From a virus: DNA of 64,000 nucleotides. Below, one piece after another: positions 41,741-50,935 of this stretch. Position numbers and translations under genes: made by a program. The stretch covers positions 41,280 to 105,279 of IMG/VR virus record IMGVR_UViG_3300023178_000017; one strand, given 5' to 3'. Each line of letters opens with the position of its first letter. Position 1 is the first letter of the stretch. The notes under the pieces are model-generated. The model ran no database searches and was not told the origin of the DNA. It saw only the letters and a list, made by a program, of their open reading frames with translations.

Positions 41741-43822
41741 ATGGCGACATTAGCATTACCAAATCCAAATCCTGGTGGCGGAAAAACATCTAAAGCATTA
41801 CCTGTTACAATCATAGATGCTGAATTCACAGTAGTCAATGAAAAAAATGGTAAAAATGGTAAGAAAACAGATGATACCAACACCGTAAAAAATCAGAAAG
41901 AATTCTTTAAGAACTTCCAAGAAACTATGAAGAAGGCGTTTGAGCCTTTTAAAGAAGGTACTGATCAAATTAAGGGTGGTGTTAATGAATTGTTTGGCGG
42001 AGGCGGTGCTATGTTTACACCTCTGAAAATGTTGTTCGATAAACTCAAAGCAGTCTTTGATATTATAATGGGTCTTGGCAAGATTCTTGCAGTTCCTTTA
42101 AAAGCTATCTTTAAAAAGAAAGACAAAGATGATGATAAGAAACGTAAGAAAGAAAAGAAAAAAGACATAAAGGATAAAGACAAAAAAGACGCTAAAGCAA
42201 GAGGCGGATTATTAGGTGGTATTGGTCGTTTACTATTGCCAATTCTAGGTTGGGGTCTGTTACTTGGTGCTTTAGTTCTTGGAATCATGGCGTTGTGGAA
42301 CTATTTTAAGAAAGGTGAGTTTGTCACTGGTCTTAGAAACATGGGTTACAATATTTCTATTGGTATAGCTAAAGTTTTTGGTAAAGACGAGCTCGTTGAA
42401 CAACTTCAACAAGAACAGATAGCAATGAATTTATCGTCTAACAAGTACATGGATGATGTTGGTGAATATCTAAAAACAACAGCGAAAACCAATCTCGAAA
42501 CAATGAAACGAACAGGAGCATCCGAAGAAGAAATTAAGGCTGCAGAAGAAAGACTTCGTAAAGGTGAGTATACAGATGAAGAAATGTTATTTGGTTTAAA
42601 AGAAGCTTTTGATAAATTGGCAAGAGATGGTATTATAGGTCCTGAAGAACTTGAAAAGTATAGAAAGAATATGTTCGCAGACGAAAGAACAGGAGTCATT
42701 GGCGATGTCATCACAAGAGAATATGATCCAGAAGGACAAGTTTTAAGAGCAACAGAAGAGGTAGTCGATAGAATTAATGAACAACAATTAGACTCTAGTA
42801 CCGAGATTGGCAAACAAAATGTTGAAAATATCAGTAAAGTTATAGAAGAATCTAAGATAGATAATGTAGATGTTGAGGCCAGAAATATTGATGACAATTT
42901 AATTATGCCTGATACTTTTGATGGTTATTTAACTCTATCAAATCCAGATGGTTCACCAGTAACAGAAGACCAGTTCTTAAACGATGCATCTTTCGACAAA
43001 TATCAAGCTCTTAGATATAGCACTGGTTATCAAGTTGGAGCAGATGGCAATGTAATGATTCCAATACACGATCAAACTTTCTCAGTGGCAGCAAATGACA
43101 ACAATCTTGGAATGTTCACAGGCGCAGGTGATCTTAGTTCACCATTTGAAAAAGTAGAAGGTGGTGGATTTAGAATTAAAACTGTTGAAGAATTGGCGGA
43201 AAACCTTGGTACTCAAAATATGAATCTGTCACTTATGTCCGCAAATAGTTCACCATATGGTGGTTTTGGTATGAGTAGTTTAGATGATGAATCTGACGAA
43301 TCGAAACTAAGGAGAGCACAACAAATTATTGACAGGGCTGAAGCACAAATAGACAAACAAATAATGGATAGCGTTAATCTCCAATCATATGAAGGTGCTG
43401 TTGAACTTACACCTGATCCAGATACGACATATGGTGAAGGTGTATTTGCAGCATGGCAAGAAGAGGCAGATGCTTTGGGTCCTCAATTCTTAACTATGTT
43501 GAAAGATATGCAAAACTTTAATGATTGGTATGCAAAAAATGGTGATGCATGGGATTGGACAACCTCAACAGACGAACAAGGAGAATTTGATAGTTTTAAA
43601 GATTCTCAAAGAGAAATTAATGACACTATAGAATCAATTGCAGCTAATACAGGCATAACCATAGAGGAATTATATGAAGCTCTAGGAAATTACGCTTCTG
43701 CTAATGATATTAATGCTACTAGCGTTATTCAAACTAATAATACCAATTACTCTCAAGGTGAATACGGCAATAGAGTTTCACACTTGAATTCTGCCTTATT
43801 TCCCAAAACAGCTAGTGATTAA
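41741..43822 (+). CDS. Tape-measure-like protein (gp29 position)
   Basis: Helical N-terminal half with a G/L-rich TM segment; follows the tube and chaperone genes. Confidence 0.55.
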   Translation: MATLALPNPNPGGGKTSKALPVTIIDAEFTVVNEKNGKNGKKTDDTNTVKNQKEFFKNFQETMKKAFEPFKEGTDQIKGGVNELFGGGGAMFTPLKMLFDKLKAVFDIIMGLGKILAVPLKAIFKKKDKDDDKKRKKEKKKDIKDKDKKDAKARGGLLGGIGRLLLPILGWGLLLGALVLGIMALWNYFKKGEFVTGLRNMGYNISIGIAKVFGKDELVEQLQQEQIAMNLSSNKYMDDVGEYLKTTAKTNLETMKRTGASEEEIKAAEERLRKGEYTDEEMLFGLKEAFDKLARDGIIGPEELEKYRKNMFADERTGVIGDVITREYDPEGQVLRATEEVVDRINEQQLDSSTEIGKQNVENISKVIEESKIDNVDVEARNIDDNLIMPDTFDGYLTLSNPDGSPVTEDQFLNDASFDKYQALRYSTGYQVGADGNVMIPIHDQTFSVAANDNNLGMFTGAGDLSSPFEKVEGGGFRIKTVEELAENLGTQNMNLSLMSANSSPYGGFGMSSLDDESDESKLRRAQQIIDRAEAQIDKQIMDSVNLQSYEGAVELTPDPDTTYGEGVFAAWQEEADALGPQFLTMLKDMQNFNDWYAKNGDAWDWTTSTDEQGEFDSFKDSQREINDTIESIAANTGITIEELYEALGNYASANDINATSVIQTNNTNYSQGEYGNRVSHLNSALFPKTASD

Positions 43823-43986
43823 TCTTTATATTTCTGTTTTCTAGGAATTACCTTAGTCTTATCTTTATGAACTTGGGTCTTGCCATGATCTGGCGTTACC
43901 TTACGAGTGAAGATATTATCCCACGCCTGAGCAAACTGATCGTTTGAAATGACCTGTGGTCTTCTTTTACTACCTTTTCCCGACAT
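43819..43986 (-). CDS. Small basic hypothetical protein
   Basis: MSGKGSKRRP..F...WD.IF motif. Confidence 0.6.
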   Translation of the reverse strand: MSGKGSKRRPQVISNDQFAQAWDNIFTRKVTPDHGKTQVHKDKTKVIPRKQKYKD

Positions 43987-44980
43987 GTCGCACCAAATCA
44001 ATTAAACGATTGGCAAATGCCCACTCGTTATCGTACCATGCAACAAGTCTAAAGGTTCTTGAATCTAAGAACTGAGTTTGATTCCAATCAACGATACATG
44101 ATCTCGTATCATGGTTGTAGTCTGAACTAACTAGTGGTTCTTCTGATAATCCAAAGAACTCAGGACATTGCACTTCTCTTAATCTGAGATTATCTCTAAT
44201 CTCTGCCTTTGTTGTAGGTCGTTCTGTTCTAAATGTAAAGTCTAACATAGAAACGTTCTGTACAGGTACACGTGTTGCAAATCCTGTAAGTTTGCCTTCT
44301 AAATGTGGTAGTATCTTAGCAACTGTTTCAGCTGCACCTGTTTTTGTAGGTATGATATTGTTTGCACCTGATCTTGCTCGATACTTATCTTTATGGTGAG
44401 AGTCTACTATAACTTGGTCGTTGGTGTATGCATGAACTGTATTCATAAAACCATGTTCAAGTCCAAATGTCTCATCAATGATATCTGCTAACCATGATAT
44501 ACAGTTTGTAGTACATGATGCATTAGAGAAGACTCTATCGGTGTCTTCGATTGTTTTGTGATTGATACCATAGACAATGGTCTTGTCTACGTTAGAAGCA
44601 GGTTGTGCTATGATTGTTTGCCATGGCATATTTCGAAACCGATCTCCGTCTGTAAATGCACCTGTACATTCTATAAGTACATCACAATTCCATGGTACAA
44701 GACTAGGGTTTCTTTTAGAGTGATACTCAATGTTTAAATGATTTGAATTAGCAACAGGATAATTCTTATCTTGTATTCTAAAACCACCTTCAGGCAATGC
44801 AAAGACATCTTTGTTAAATCTACCGTGTGTAGAATCGTACTTAAGTAAATGTATATTGGAATGTATATCACCTAAATCATTTACTTGACAAACTTCTACG
44901 TCATAATCATTTCTCTCGTAGATCGCCCTTAGGACGTTTCTACCTATTCGACCGAATCCATTTATACCTACTCTAATCAT
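43970..44980 (-). CDS. gap: Type I glyceraldehyde-3-phosphate dehydrogenase
   Basis: GINGFGRIGR, LKYDSTHG, NASCTTNC, VHAYTNDQ, IIPTKTGAA, RVP, WYDNE. Confidence 0.92.
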   Translation of the reverse strand: MIRVGINGFGRIGRNVLRAIYERNDYDVEVCQVNDLGDIHSNIHLLKYDSTHGRFNKDVFALPEGGFRIQDKNYPVANSNHLNIEYHSKRNPSLVPWNCDVLIECTGAFTDGDRFRNMPWQTIIAQPASNVDKTIVYGINHKTIEDTDRVFSNASCTTNCISWLADIIDETFGLEHGFMNTVHAYTNDQVIVDSHHKDKYRARSGANNIIPTKTGAAETVAKILPHLEGKLTGFATRVPVQNVSMLDFTFRTERPTTKAEIRDNLRLREVQCPEFFGLSEEPLVSSDYNHDTRSCIVDWNQTQFLDSRTFRLVAWYDNEWAFANRLIDLVRHVGKR

Positions 44981-45063
44981 AATCTATTTGTCCAAATCAA
45001 CCACCAACGAAAGTATTTTCTTCCCTCACCATATGCAGCTGATTTAAGTTTATTGTAGATCAC
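44977..45063 (-). CDS. 28-aa peptide bridging rpsU and gap
   Basis: GTG overlaps the rpsU stop (TAGTG) and TGA overlaps the gap ATG; MIYNKLKSAAYGEGRKYFRWWLIWTNRL. Confidence 0.5.
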   Translation of the reverse strand: MIYNKLKSAAYGEGRKYFRWWLIWTNRL

Positions 45064-45296
45064 TATCTACGTCTATAACCCTTTTGTTGAGACCTCTTAG
45101 CCTCTAACTTACGCTTTCTTTTGATAGCTTGATTCTTCTCGTTTCTCTTCACTGAAGGTTTGACATAATGTTCTCTGTCTCTCACTTCTTTGACGATGCC
45201 TTTCTTGTCACATAGTTTTTTAAATCTACGTAACATACGATCAAAAGGTTCAACGTTCCTAGTCTTAGGGTGTTGCCTTGGTTTTACACTTGTCAT
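45063..45296 (-). CDS. rpsU: Ribosomal protein bS21
   Basis: [12 protein letters not shown]...[16 protein letters not shown] signature. Confidence 0.93.
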   Translation of the reverse strand: MTSVKPRQHPKTRNVEPFDRMLRRFKKLCDKKGIVKEVRDREHYVKPSVKRNEKNQAIKRKRKLEAKRSQQKGYRRR

Positions 45297-45302
45297 AGTT
45301 AT

Positions 45303-45332
45303 ATTATATTAAAAATTGTTAGTTACTGTCTA
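45303..45332 (-). promoter_or_regulatory. Sigma70-like promoter of rpsU
   Basis: TAGACA-18 nt-TATAAT, with 6 nt between the -10 box and the ATG. Confidence 0.65.
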
Positions 45333-45342
45333 GTGACTTTTT

Positions 45343-45500
45343 AAAAAAAGGTGTAGTCGCCCCAAACTGTTACAGCAGCCCGCTCTACACGAGATATCCC
45401 GCTTTTTCACGATATCCTTACCCATACTGAGTTCCCCCATTTCCACGGTCTCAGTCAAGTAGTCGCTTTCATAGGACACATAATAAAAAACGACTACTCC
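45343..45500 (-). ncRNA. Candidate structured RNA (four stems ending in a terminator)
   Basis: Stems AGTAGTCG/CGACTACT, ACTGAG/CTCAGT, GATATC/GATATC and GTGTAG/CTACAC, then a T7 run. Confidence 0.5.
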
Positions 45501-45513
45501 CTATTCCAAGAAA

Positions 45514-46413
45514 TTAGCTATCAGCTAACTTCTTAAAGTAATCCATCGCATCATCATCTGAACTTTCTCCGACAGATGCTTCTGCTGATGAGATTACAGG
45601 CTCATTTGCAACCGCTTCAGTGTTGACATTAGACCAAGGCACTTCTTCTAGGTCTTCTGCAACTGATTCAGCAGTTGATGTTGAGACGTTACCTGAGAGA
45701 CCTAGAACTCTGTCTAGTTTCTCTTTCAATTCATCATAGGATTTGAATTGATCAGGTGATATAATCTCGTTCAAAGAATTCAGTGAAGAATATATAGTAT
45801 TCAACTGAGCTTCATCGTCAAACAGTGGCATTTGAGTATCGAACTCTGACTTGTCATAGTTCCAATAACCATCAACCTTTCTGATTTTGATTTTGAAGTT
45901 CGCACCTTCTTCTCTGAGATCAAAGGGGTTAATAGCACTCTCATCTTCAAAAGCAGGTGAGATTGCTTCTTTCAACATTTCGAAAATCTTCTTACCATAT
46001 CTGTATAAGAAAACTTTACCCTCGTTGTGAGGATTCTTAGGGTCTGAAACAACATAGATGTTAGACACATAATGAAGTCTACGCTTCTGTTTACGTGCAA
46101 TCTCTTTGTTGGCTTCGATGCCTGTATTCCACAACTGACTGTTGTAGTCTGACACAGGGTCTTTTTTACCTAGAGTTGTCAAAGACTTCTCTATGTACCA
46201 CCCACCAGGTCCTTGGAACCCATGGTCGAAGTAAGATGCCCATGGCATTTCTTCTCCTTCAGGTGTTGGTAGGAATCTGATGATTGCATATCCGTTACCA
46301 GATTTATCTAATTCTGGTTTCCAGTACTTATCATCATCGTAGGATTTTGTTTCACCTTGAGTTGGTGAGGCAGTTTCCATTGCTGCCCTTAGTTTATCTA
46401 ATGATGTCGACAT
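45514..46413 (-). CDS. gp32: Single-stranded DNA-binding protein gp32
   Basis: WKPELDKSGNGYAIIRFLP, HGFQGPGGWYIE.SLTTLG, YGKKIF, NYDKSEF; acidic tail. Confidence 0.96.
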   Translation of the reverse strand: MSTSLDKLRAAMETASPTQGETKSYDDDKYWKPELDKSGNGYAIIRFLPTPEGEEMPWASYFDHGFQGPGGWYIEKSLTTLGKKDPVSDYNSQLWNTGIEANKEIARKQKRRLHYVSNIYVVSDPKNPHNEGKVFLYRYGKKIFEMLKEAISPAFEDESAINPFDLREEGANFKIKIRKVDGYWNYDKSEFDTQMPLFDDEAQLNTIYSSLNSLNEIISPDQFKSYDELKEKLDRVLGLSGNVSTSTAESVAEDLEEVPWSNVNTEAVANEPVISSAEASVGESSDDDAMDYFKKLADS

Positions 46414-46462
46414 TGTATTCTCCTATAGTATCGCATTGTATTAGCATTGTATCGCATTGTAT
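46411..46462 (-). repeat. Four ATACAATG copies in the gp32 leader
   Basis: CATTGTAT on + at 46411, 46434, 46445 and 46455; the copy at 46411 contains the start codon. Confidence 0.8.
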
Positions 46463-47220
46463 TAATCTAAAGATTCTTCGTCTGGTATTTCGAGTTCGAG
46501 TTCAATGAAGTCATTTTCGAAGCCGTGACCAAGAATCCACCTATCACTACTTTCATAGTAATCAAGTTTATTATACTCTATTTTTTCGTTTTCATCTAGT
46601 GAGTTTTTCCAATAAAAATCAATATCTGGAAACTTCTTTAATAAAGCAATAAACTGAGAACGTTGTGCTGTGTACACACGTTCCTCTTTGGTATATTTAG
46701 GTAAATAATTGTATCTACCTTCATAAACATTACCTGGATTATCATATTGTAAAGCATCAAATCCAAGTAAGCATACCTCTTTATGACCTTGTGTTATAGC
46801 ATGACCTACAGCACATAAACCTGTAAACATGTTCTTGAGCAGCGGAATATTATACATAACTATGTTGTTTCCGTGAGAGCTGGATATACCCACGAAGTCA
46901 ACATACGAATCATTACCTTGTATTATAAATCTATCGTGTTTCTCTAAGTCAACATCTACACGGATATCATTGTGCGAATATTCAAATCCTGTTCGCATCA
47001 ATTCAAGCATTTCAATGCCATGTATCTCCCATGAACCCACTGCTATCTTATGATCATGGTAATAATTATTTAACAACACCTCTCTTTGAGGTGCTAAGTC
47101 ACTCACAAACAGTAAATCAGGAATGCAATCTTGGTAAATAGCATTACAACCCCACCAGTGATCTAACTCATTAAGATCATAGTTGAGTCTACTAGGTCCG
47201 TTACCTACTATTGTGAGCAT
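46462..47220 (-). CDS. GT42 (Cst-II)/Maf-like CMP-sugar glycosyltransferase-fold protein
   Basis: IVGNGPS, GCNAIY and TG..A...A...GHKEV.LLGFD parallel the Cst-II/Maf motifs. Confidence 0.6.
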   Translation of the reverse strand: MLTIVGNGPSRLNYDLNELDHWWGCNAIYQDCIPDLLFVSDLAPQREVLLNNYYHDHKIAVGSWEIHGIEMLELMRTGFEYSHNDIRVDVDLEKHDRFIIQGNDSYVDFVGISSSHGNNIVMYNIPLLKNMFTGLCAVGHAITQGHKEVCLLGFDALQYDNPGNVYEGRYNYLPKYTKEERVYTAQRSQFIALLKKFPDIDFYWKNSLDENEKIEYNKLDYYESSDRWILGHGFENDFIELELEIPDEESLD

Positions 47221-47801
47221 AATTTAATTAATAGTTTTTTAAACTTATCGTAATCGTATGATAAGAATACTTTGTATTTGTCTATCTTGTTCTGTATATC
47301 AGGATAGATTATAGTTTCTGATATAAGTTTTCTCCAGTCTGTACTATAGTTTGTTATTGAATCTAGTATAGACATTGTTTCAATTGATATGTTATTTGCT
47401 AAGTATTGTTTCAGAAGCCACGGATGACTTCCATTTTCTACCTTCAAAACCTCTTGTATTTTCTTCTTTTCCAGGATCTTTCCTACCTCTGTTTCGAACA
47501 TATACTTTAGCTTTTGATTACGTTTCTTCCATTCAGTGTAACGTTTGTGTGCATCTGGTTCTAATAGATCACCAACCCAATAGTCTTTGAATGAAAGATT
47601 CGCAATATAGAAATCTTGTAAGTCTCTATTATACTTACGTGCTAGTTTACCAAATTGAAACCTATCGTTACGTTTAAGAAATGATTTGAGATCAGCTTTG
47701 ACTTTACCATTGTACTGAATGAAGTTATAACTGTCGGTATAAAAGTGTAACTTTATACCAAGATACAACTGATAAGCATCAAAACTATCTCTACTATTCA
47801 C
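47208..47801 (-). CDS. gp59: Helicase loader gp59
   Basis: Y..YL.IKLHF....Y.F..Y.GK....F.KR.DR..F.KL.RK. Confidence 0.88.
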   Translation of the reverse strand: MNSRDSFDAYQLYLGIKLHFYTDSYNFIQYNGKVKADLKSFLKRNDRFQFGKLARKYNRDLQDFYIANLSFKDYWVGDLLEPDAHKRYTEWKKRNQKLKYMFETEVGKILEKKKIQEVLKVENGSHPWLLKQYLANNISIETMSILDSITNYSTDWRKLISETIIYPDIQNKIDKYKVFLSYDYDKFKKLLIKLCSQ

Positions 47802-48094
47802 TACTTAACGATCTTACTATCTGGTGTTACAATTGAACCTGTAGCAAGTTGGTGTGCTTCAGTAACCTTATCGTTTGATTTACATACGAAGACAACTGTA
47901 CTGAAAGTTGCTTCGGTTGGATTCTCTTCACCTGTAACTGCAATCCCTTTAGCAAATCCCATTTGACCTGTTTCAGGATTAGATAAAATCATACGAGGGT
48001 CATCGATCACTAGACCTTTGTCTGACCATTCTCTCATTTTACCAACGTATTCACCGCTAACGGTTACAACTGATACTACATCACCTTTTTTCAT
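47801..48094 (-). CDS. Hypothetical protein
   Basis: 97 aa ORF with GGAG RBS. Confidence 0.7.
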   Translation of the reverse strand: MKKGDVVSVVTVSGEYVGKMREWSDKGLVIDDPRMILSNPETGQMGFAKGIAVTGEENPTEATFSTVVFVCKSNDKVTEAHQLATGSIVTPDSKIVK

Positions 48095-48103
48095 AATATA
48101 CTC

Positions 48104-48337
48104 CTAGTTAAAAAAAGAAGAAAGAGACGCTCTCGTTGTTTTGCCTCTCTCTATTAGTTTAAGACCTTTTGCCTCTGCCTCTAGTTTCTCTTTAAGAGGA
48201 GTTGAAAGAAGTCTTTTTGCACCTTCTGGTTCTATGTTATTTGTTTCACATACTTTAAGTATGGCACTCATAACATCTGCCTTGTTTCCTATTAGTAGAC
48301 GTTCTACTTGTTCTGTAAATTCTTTTTTGCCTATCAC
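48104..48337 (-). CDS. gp33: Late promoter co-activator gp33
   Basis: F...VE, AI...CE.NNIEPE....L.S.PLKEKLEAEA..L.LI. Confidence 0.85.
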   Translation of the reverse strand: MIGKKEFTEQVERLLIGNKADVMSAILKVCETNNIEPEGAKRLLSTPLKEKLEAEAKGLKLIERGKTTRASLSSFFN

Positions 48338-48675
48338 GATAATGGTGCTCCTTGAACTTCATCGTAATCAAAGTTCTCAATCCAATCCATCATGACTCTA
48401 TAGTATGCATAGTATGTTGGACTATGACCATTCATATCCATACCTTGTCCATCTTCTGAATAAGGAGTTTCTAAGTAATCAATAAGTGCTTGACATTCGT
48501 CTAAGTGAACTTCGGTAAGTTCGTCTTCACTTCCTATTTCAAGATACTCTAACATACTGTCATATGCATTATCGTATGCTTGTTGATGAATCCAATCATC
48601 TGCTTTATGAAATATCTTACCCCAATTCCAATCTTGTTTTAGAGTAAACTTCTCTTCGTTATAAAAATCTGCCAT
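48334..48675 (-). CDS. Acidic hypothetical protein
   Basis: Coupled ORF within the operon. Confidence 0.7.
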   Translation of the reverse strand: MADFYNEEKFTLKQDWNWGKIFHKADDWIHQQAYDNAYDSMLEYLEIGSEDELTEVHLDECQALIDYLETPYSEDGQGMDMNGHSPTYYAYYRVMMDWIENFDYDEVQGAPLS

Positions 48676-49133
48676 TAGAATATCTCCTTATCTGTTTCTT
48701 CTACTACAATTGGACCATAGAATAGATATTCACAATCATAGGTATCCCAATCATTGTCCATGAACCAACCAGTTCCTTCGTCTTCAATATTTTCAATTAA
48801 TGTTGATCTTTCATCATCATCGCCATCAAACTCTAGTATTTCAACATCGAATGAACAACCATCCCAACATTCTAAGAACTCATTTTCTTCAAATACTTGT
48901 GGTTCAAACCAATCAGAATCTCCTTGAGTCATTGCATCTGTTAGCATTTCGACTTCATCTTCATTCGTTGGTGTGATTAACCACTCACCGTTTCGCCACA
49001 TGGTTTCTGTTTTGATACGCTTTTTGGCATCTTCACCATAGGCATCTGCCCAATACTCTAACTCATATACACTCTTTTTGTTTGCACATGAGATTTCATA
49101 AGTCTTACCGACTTCAATTTTCACTTCACTCAT
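48675..49133 (-). CDS. Acidic hypothetical protein
   Basis: AGGAG RBS; coupled to the next gene. Confidence 0.7.
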   Translation of the reverse strand: MSEVKIEVGKTYEISCANKKSVYELEYWADAYGEDAKKRIKTETMWRNGEWLITPTNEDEVEMLTDAMTQGDSDWFEPQVFEENEFLECWDGCSFDVEILEFDGDDDERSTLIENIEDEGTGWFMDNDWDTYDCEYLFYGPIVVEETDKEIF

Positions 49134-49141
49134 AATTACTC

Positions 49142-49735
49142 CTACGTAAATTTACTTTCTCTGAACCAGAGATTCATAGCATACTTCTCACCATACGTAA
49201 CTGGTAAACCAGCGTGTTGAGAGATTTCTGCCCTTTTATTAGTTCGTGGTTCACAATTGAACCACACTATCATTCGACCTTTTTTAGGTTGAACGTTAAT
49301 ACCAAACTGATTAAATCCTGTTTCACCACCTTTGTAGCCATCGTTTAGATAACACAATGCAGTTAACATTCTTTGACCACCTCTGTCCCAATGTTTTGTT
49401 TTTTCTTCTTCTGTAAATGCATTATAATCGAATGCATCGTAGTGATAATGATATTGTTCGCCTTCATCATAATATACAACTTGAAAACTCTCAGCGTTTT
49501 CTAATGGCATCTTTACTGTTTGTGCTATACGATCTCCAACTCTTTGTGTAATCTCACTATGATCATGTTTTAACCATGCATATGAATTAGTTCTTGCATG
49601 ATGCATACCTGCAATAGTAGATGCCTTTTTCATTTGACTTACAGATTGTGTAATGAAATGAGCACATTCTTCTTCTGTCAAAAAATTATCTACGATTGAA
49701 ATCCATGGTTGATCATACTTTGCTATATTAATCAT
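49142..49735 (-). CDS. Prolyl 4-hydroxylase-like 2OG-Fe(II) oxygenase
   Basis: DNFLT.EEC, HYD, GGQR..T.L.YLN...GGET.F, HAGLPV..GEK.A.N.W.RE. Confidence 0.9.
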   Translation of the reverse strand: MINIAKYDQPWISIVDNFLTEEECAHFITQSVSQMKKASTIAGMHHARTNSYAWLKHDHSEITQRVGDRIAQTVKMPLENAESFQVVYYDEGEQYHYHYDAFDYNAFTEEEKTKHWDRGGQRMLTALCYLNDGYKGGETGFNQFGINVQPKKGRMIVWFNCEPRTNKRAEISQHAGLPVTYGEKYAMNLWFRESKFT

Positions 49736-50412
49736 ACGCCGTATAAATTCTCATATCTCTTTCTGAGATCCCATAATTGTTCTACGTAATTTTGTGGGTC
49801 ACCAGAAAACAACTGAAATCCTGCTTGACCTTCAACAGCAACGAGAGCATTAACTTCTGGAACTTCTATGCCTGTTAACTCTTCTACCATGATAGCGTAT
49901 GCTGTCATTTGAATCATCCAAGGTGTAACTTGATCATCTGTCTTCATCTTAGATGATGTTTTGAAATCGATAATAGATAACACGTCTTCAAATAAACCAA
50001 CACAATCAACTCGACCTGCCATTTTAAGATTGACAGAATATAATGGTGCTTCAAGTGCTAGAGGTACAATACTATCTAATACAGGTCGAATACCTTTAAA
50101 CATACCTTCTTGGATAATATCATCAAACTCTATGAACTCTTTTTCTCTTCGAAGATAGTCTTCCACTAATTGGTGAAATGCCGTACCTCGTCTAGCAGCT
50201 CTATTAGATATAGCATCTGCTTTATCTTCACCAATTCTCTTACGCCACAATTGAATGTGTTCTCTTGTAAGTAAACTTGTAACTGTTGTGACACTTGGAT
50301 ATTTTTGACCTTGACCATCTACATAGAATCTTTTACCGTCTTCTTGTATTGTGTCTAAGCTGATACGCTCTAGATCATCAAACTCCAGTAATCTGGTCTT
50401 AATTTTAGTCAT
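49732..50412 (-). CDS. PD-(D/E)XK exonuclease (T4-like exonuclease A type)
   Basis: YPSVTTV, RGT.FH...E, AGRVDC, IIDFKTS, Q..AYA.M..E. Confidence 0.85.
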   Translation of the reverse strand: MTKIKTRLLEFDDLERISLDTIQEDGKRFYVDGQGQKYPSVTTVTSLLTREHIQLWRKRIGEDKADAISNRAARRGTAFHQLVEDYLRREKEFIEFDDIIQEGMFKGIRPVLDSIVPLALEAPLYSVNLKMAGRVDCVGLFEDVLSIIDFKTSSKMKTDDQVTPWMIQMTAYAIMVEELTGIEVPEVNALVAVEGQAGFQLFSGDPQNYVEQLWDLRKRYENLYGV

Positions 50413-50423
50413 ACTCTATCCTA

Positions 50424-50723
50424 TTATGATTTGTTCTGTTTGTCGATATGCTTTCTGACAATCTGTTCACTTTTTCTTCTCTTAAGTGACTTGTTGCCGT
50501 GACTATCACCTAGTGGTGAGGCTGGGTGTGCTTCACCGATTTTAGATAAGACTTCACCAAAACCACCAACATTATGTTTAGTCACACCACCAATAATACT
50601 TGGTGCTGATATCAATTGTTTGATGTTGGGGTTGTTTTCGAAAAACTCTTCTCGTTCAGCCAACTTAAGAAACACATCATATGTTTCTCCAGTATCGTAA
50701 TTATGTACTGTATACATTGGCAT
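50424..50723 (-). CDS. FmdB-like small protein
   Basis: MP.Y.....TGE..., GF.EVLSKI..AHP. Confidence 0.6.
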   Translation of the reverse strand: MPMYTVHNYDTGETYDVFLKLAEREEFFENNPNIKQLISAPSIIGGVTKHNVGGFGEVLSKIGEAHPASPLGDSHGNKSLKRRKSEQIVRKHIDKQNKS

Positions 50724-50935
50724 TATAATTGTCCTGCAAAATGAAGAGTTTTCTCTACCTCTTCTATTACGTCTTTTTCTTTATACCAAAGACCACTATA
50801 CATTTGTGTAGAGTCGTAGTCTGGTTGAATGTCTGATCTCCATTCTACAACATAACGTTTATAACCGAACGGTCTCTCTGAAAAAATACGAACACTACCT
50901 TCGCCTGTACTATAGTTTCGAACTAGAACTCTCAT
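50723..50935 (-). CDS. Hypothetical protein
   Basis: Coupled to genes on both sides. Confidence 0.65.
   Translation of the reverse strand: MRVLVRNYSTGEGSVRIFSERPFGYKRYVVEWRSDIQPDYDSTQMYSGLWYKEKDVIEEVEKTLHFAGQL

Noticed and set aside
43970-44980. Erythrose-4-phosphate dehydrogenase (Epd)
   Set aside because: HAYTNDQ and WYDNE fit GAPDH better than the Epd-type HSAM/WCDNE; not fully excluded without a phylogeny.
45297-45513. tRNA or tmRNA gene
   Set aside because: No cloverleaf, TTC T-loop or CCA end is recognisable; kept only as an unknown structured RNA.
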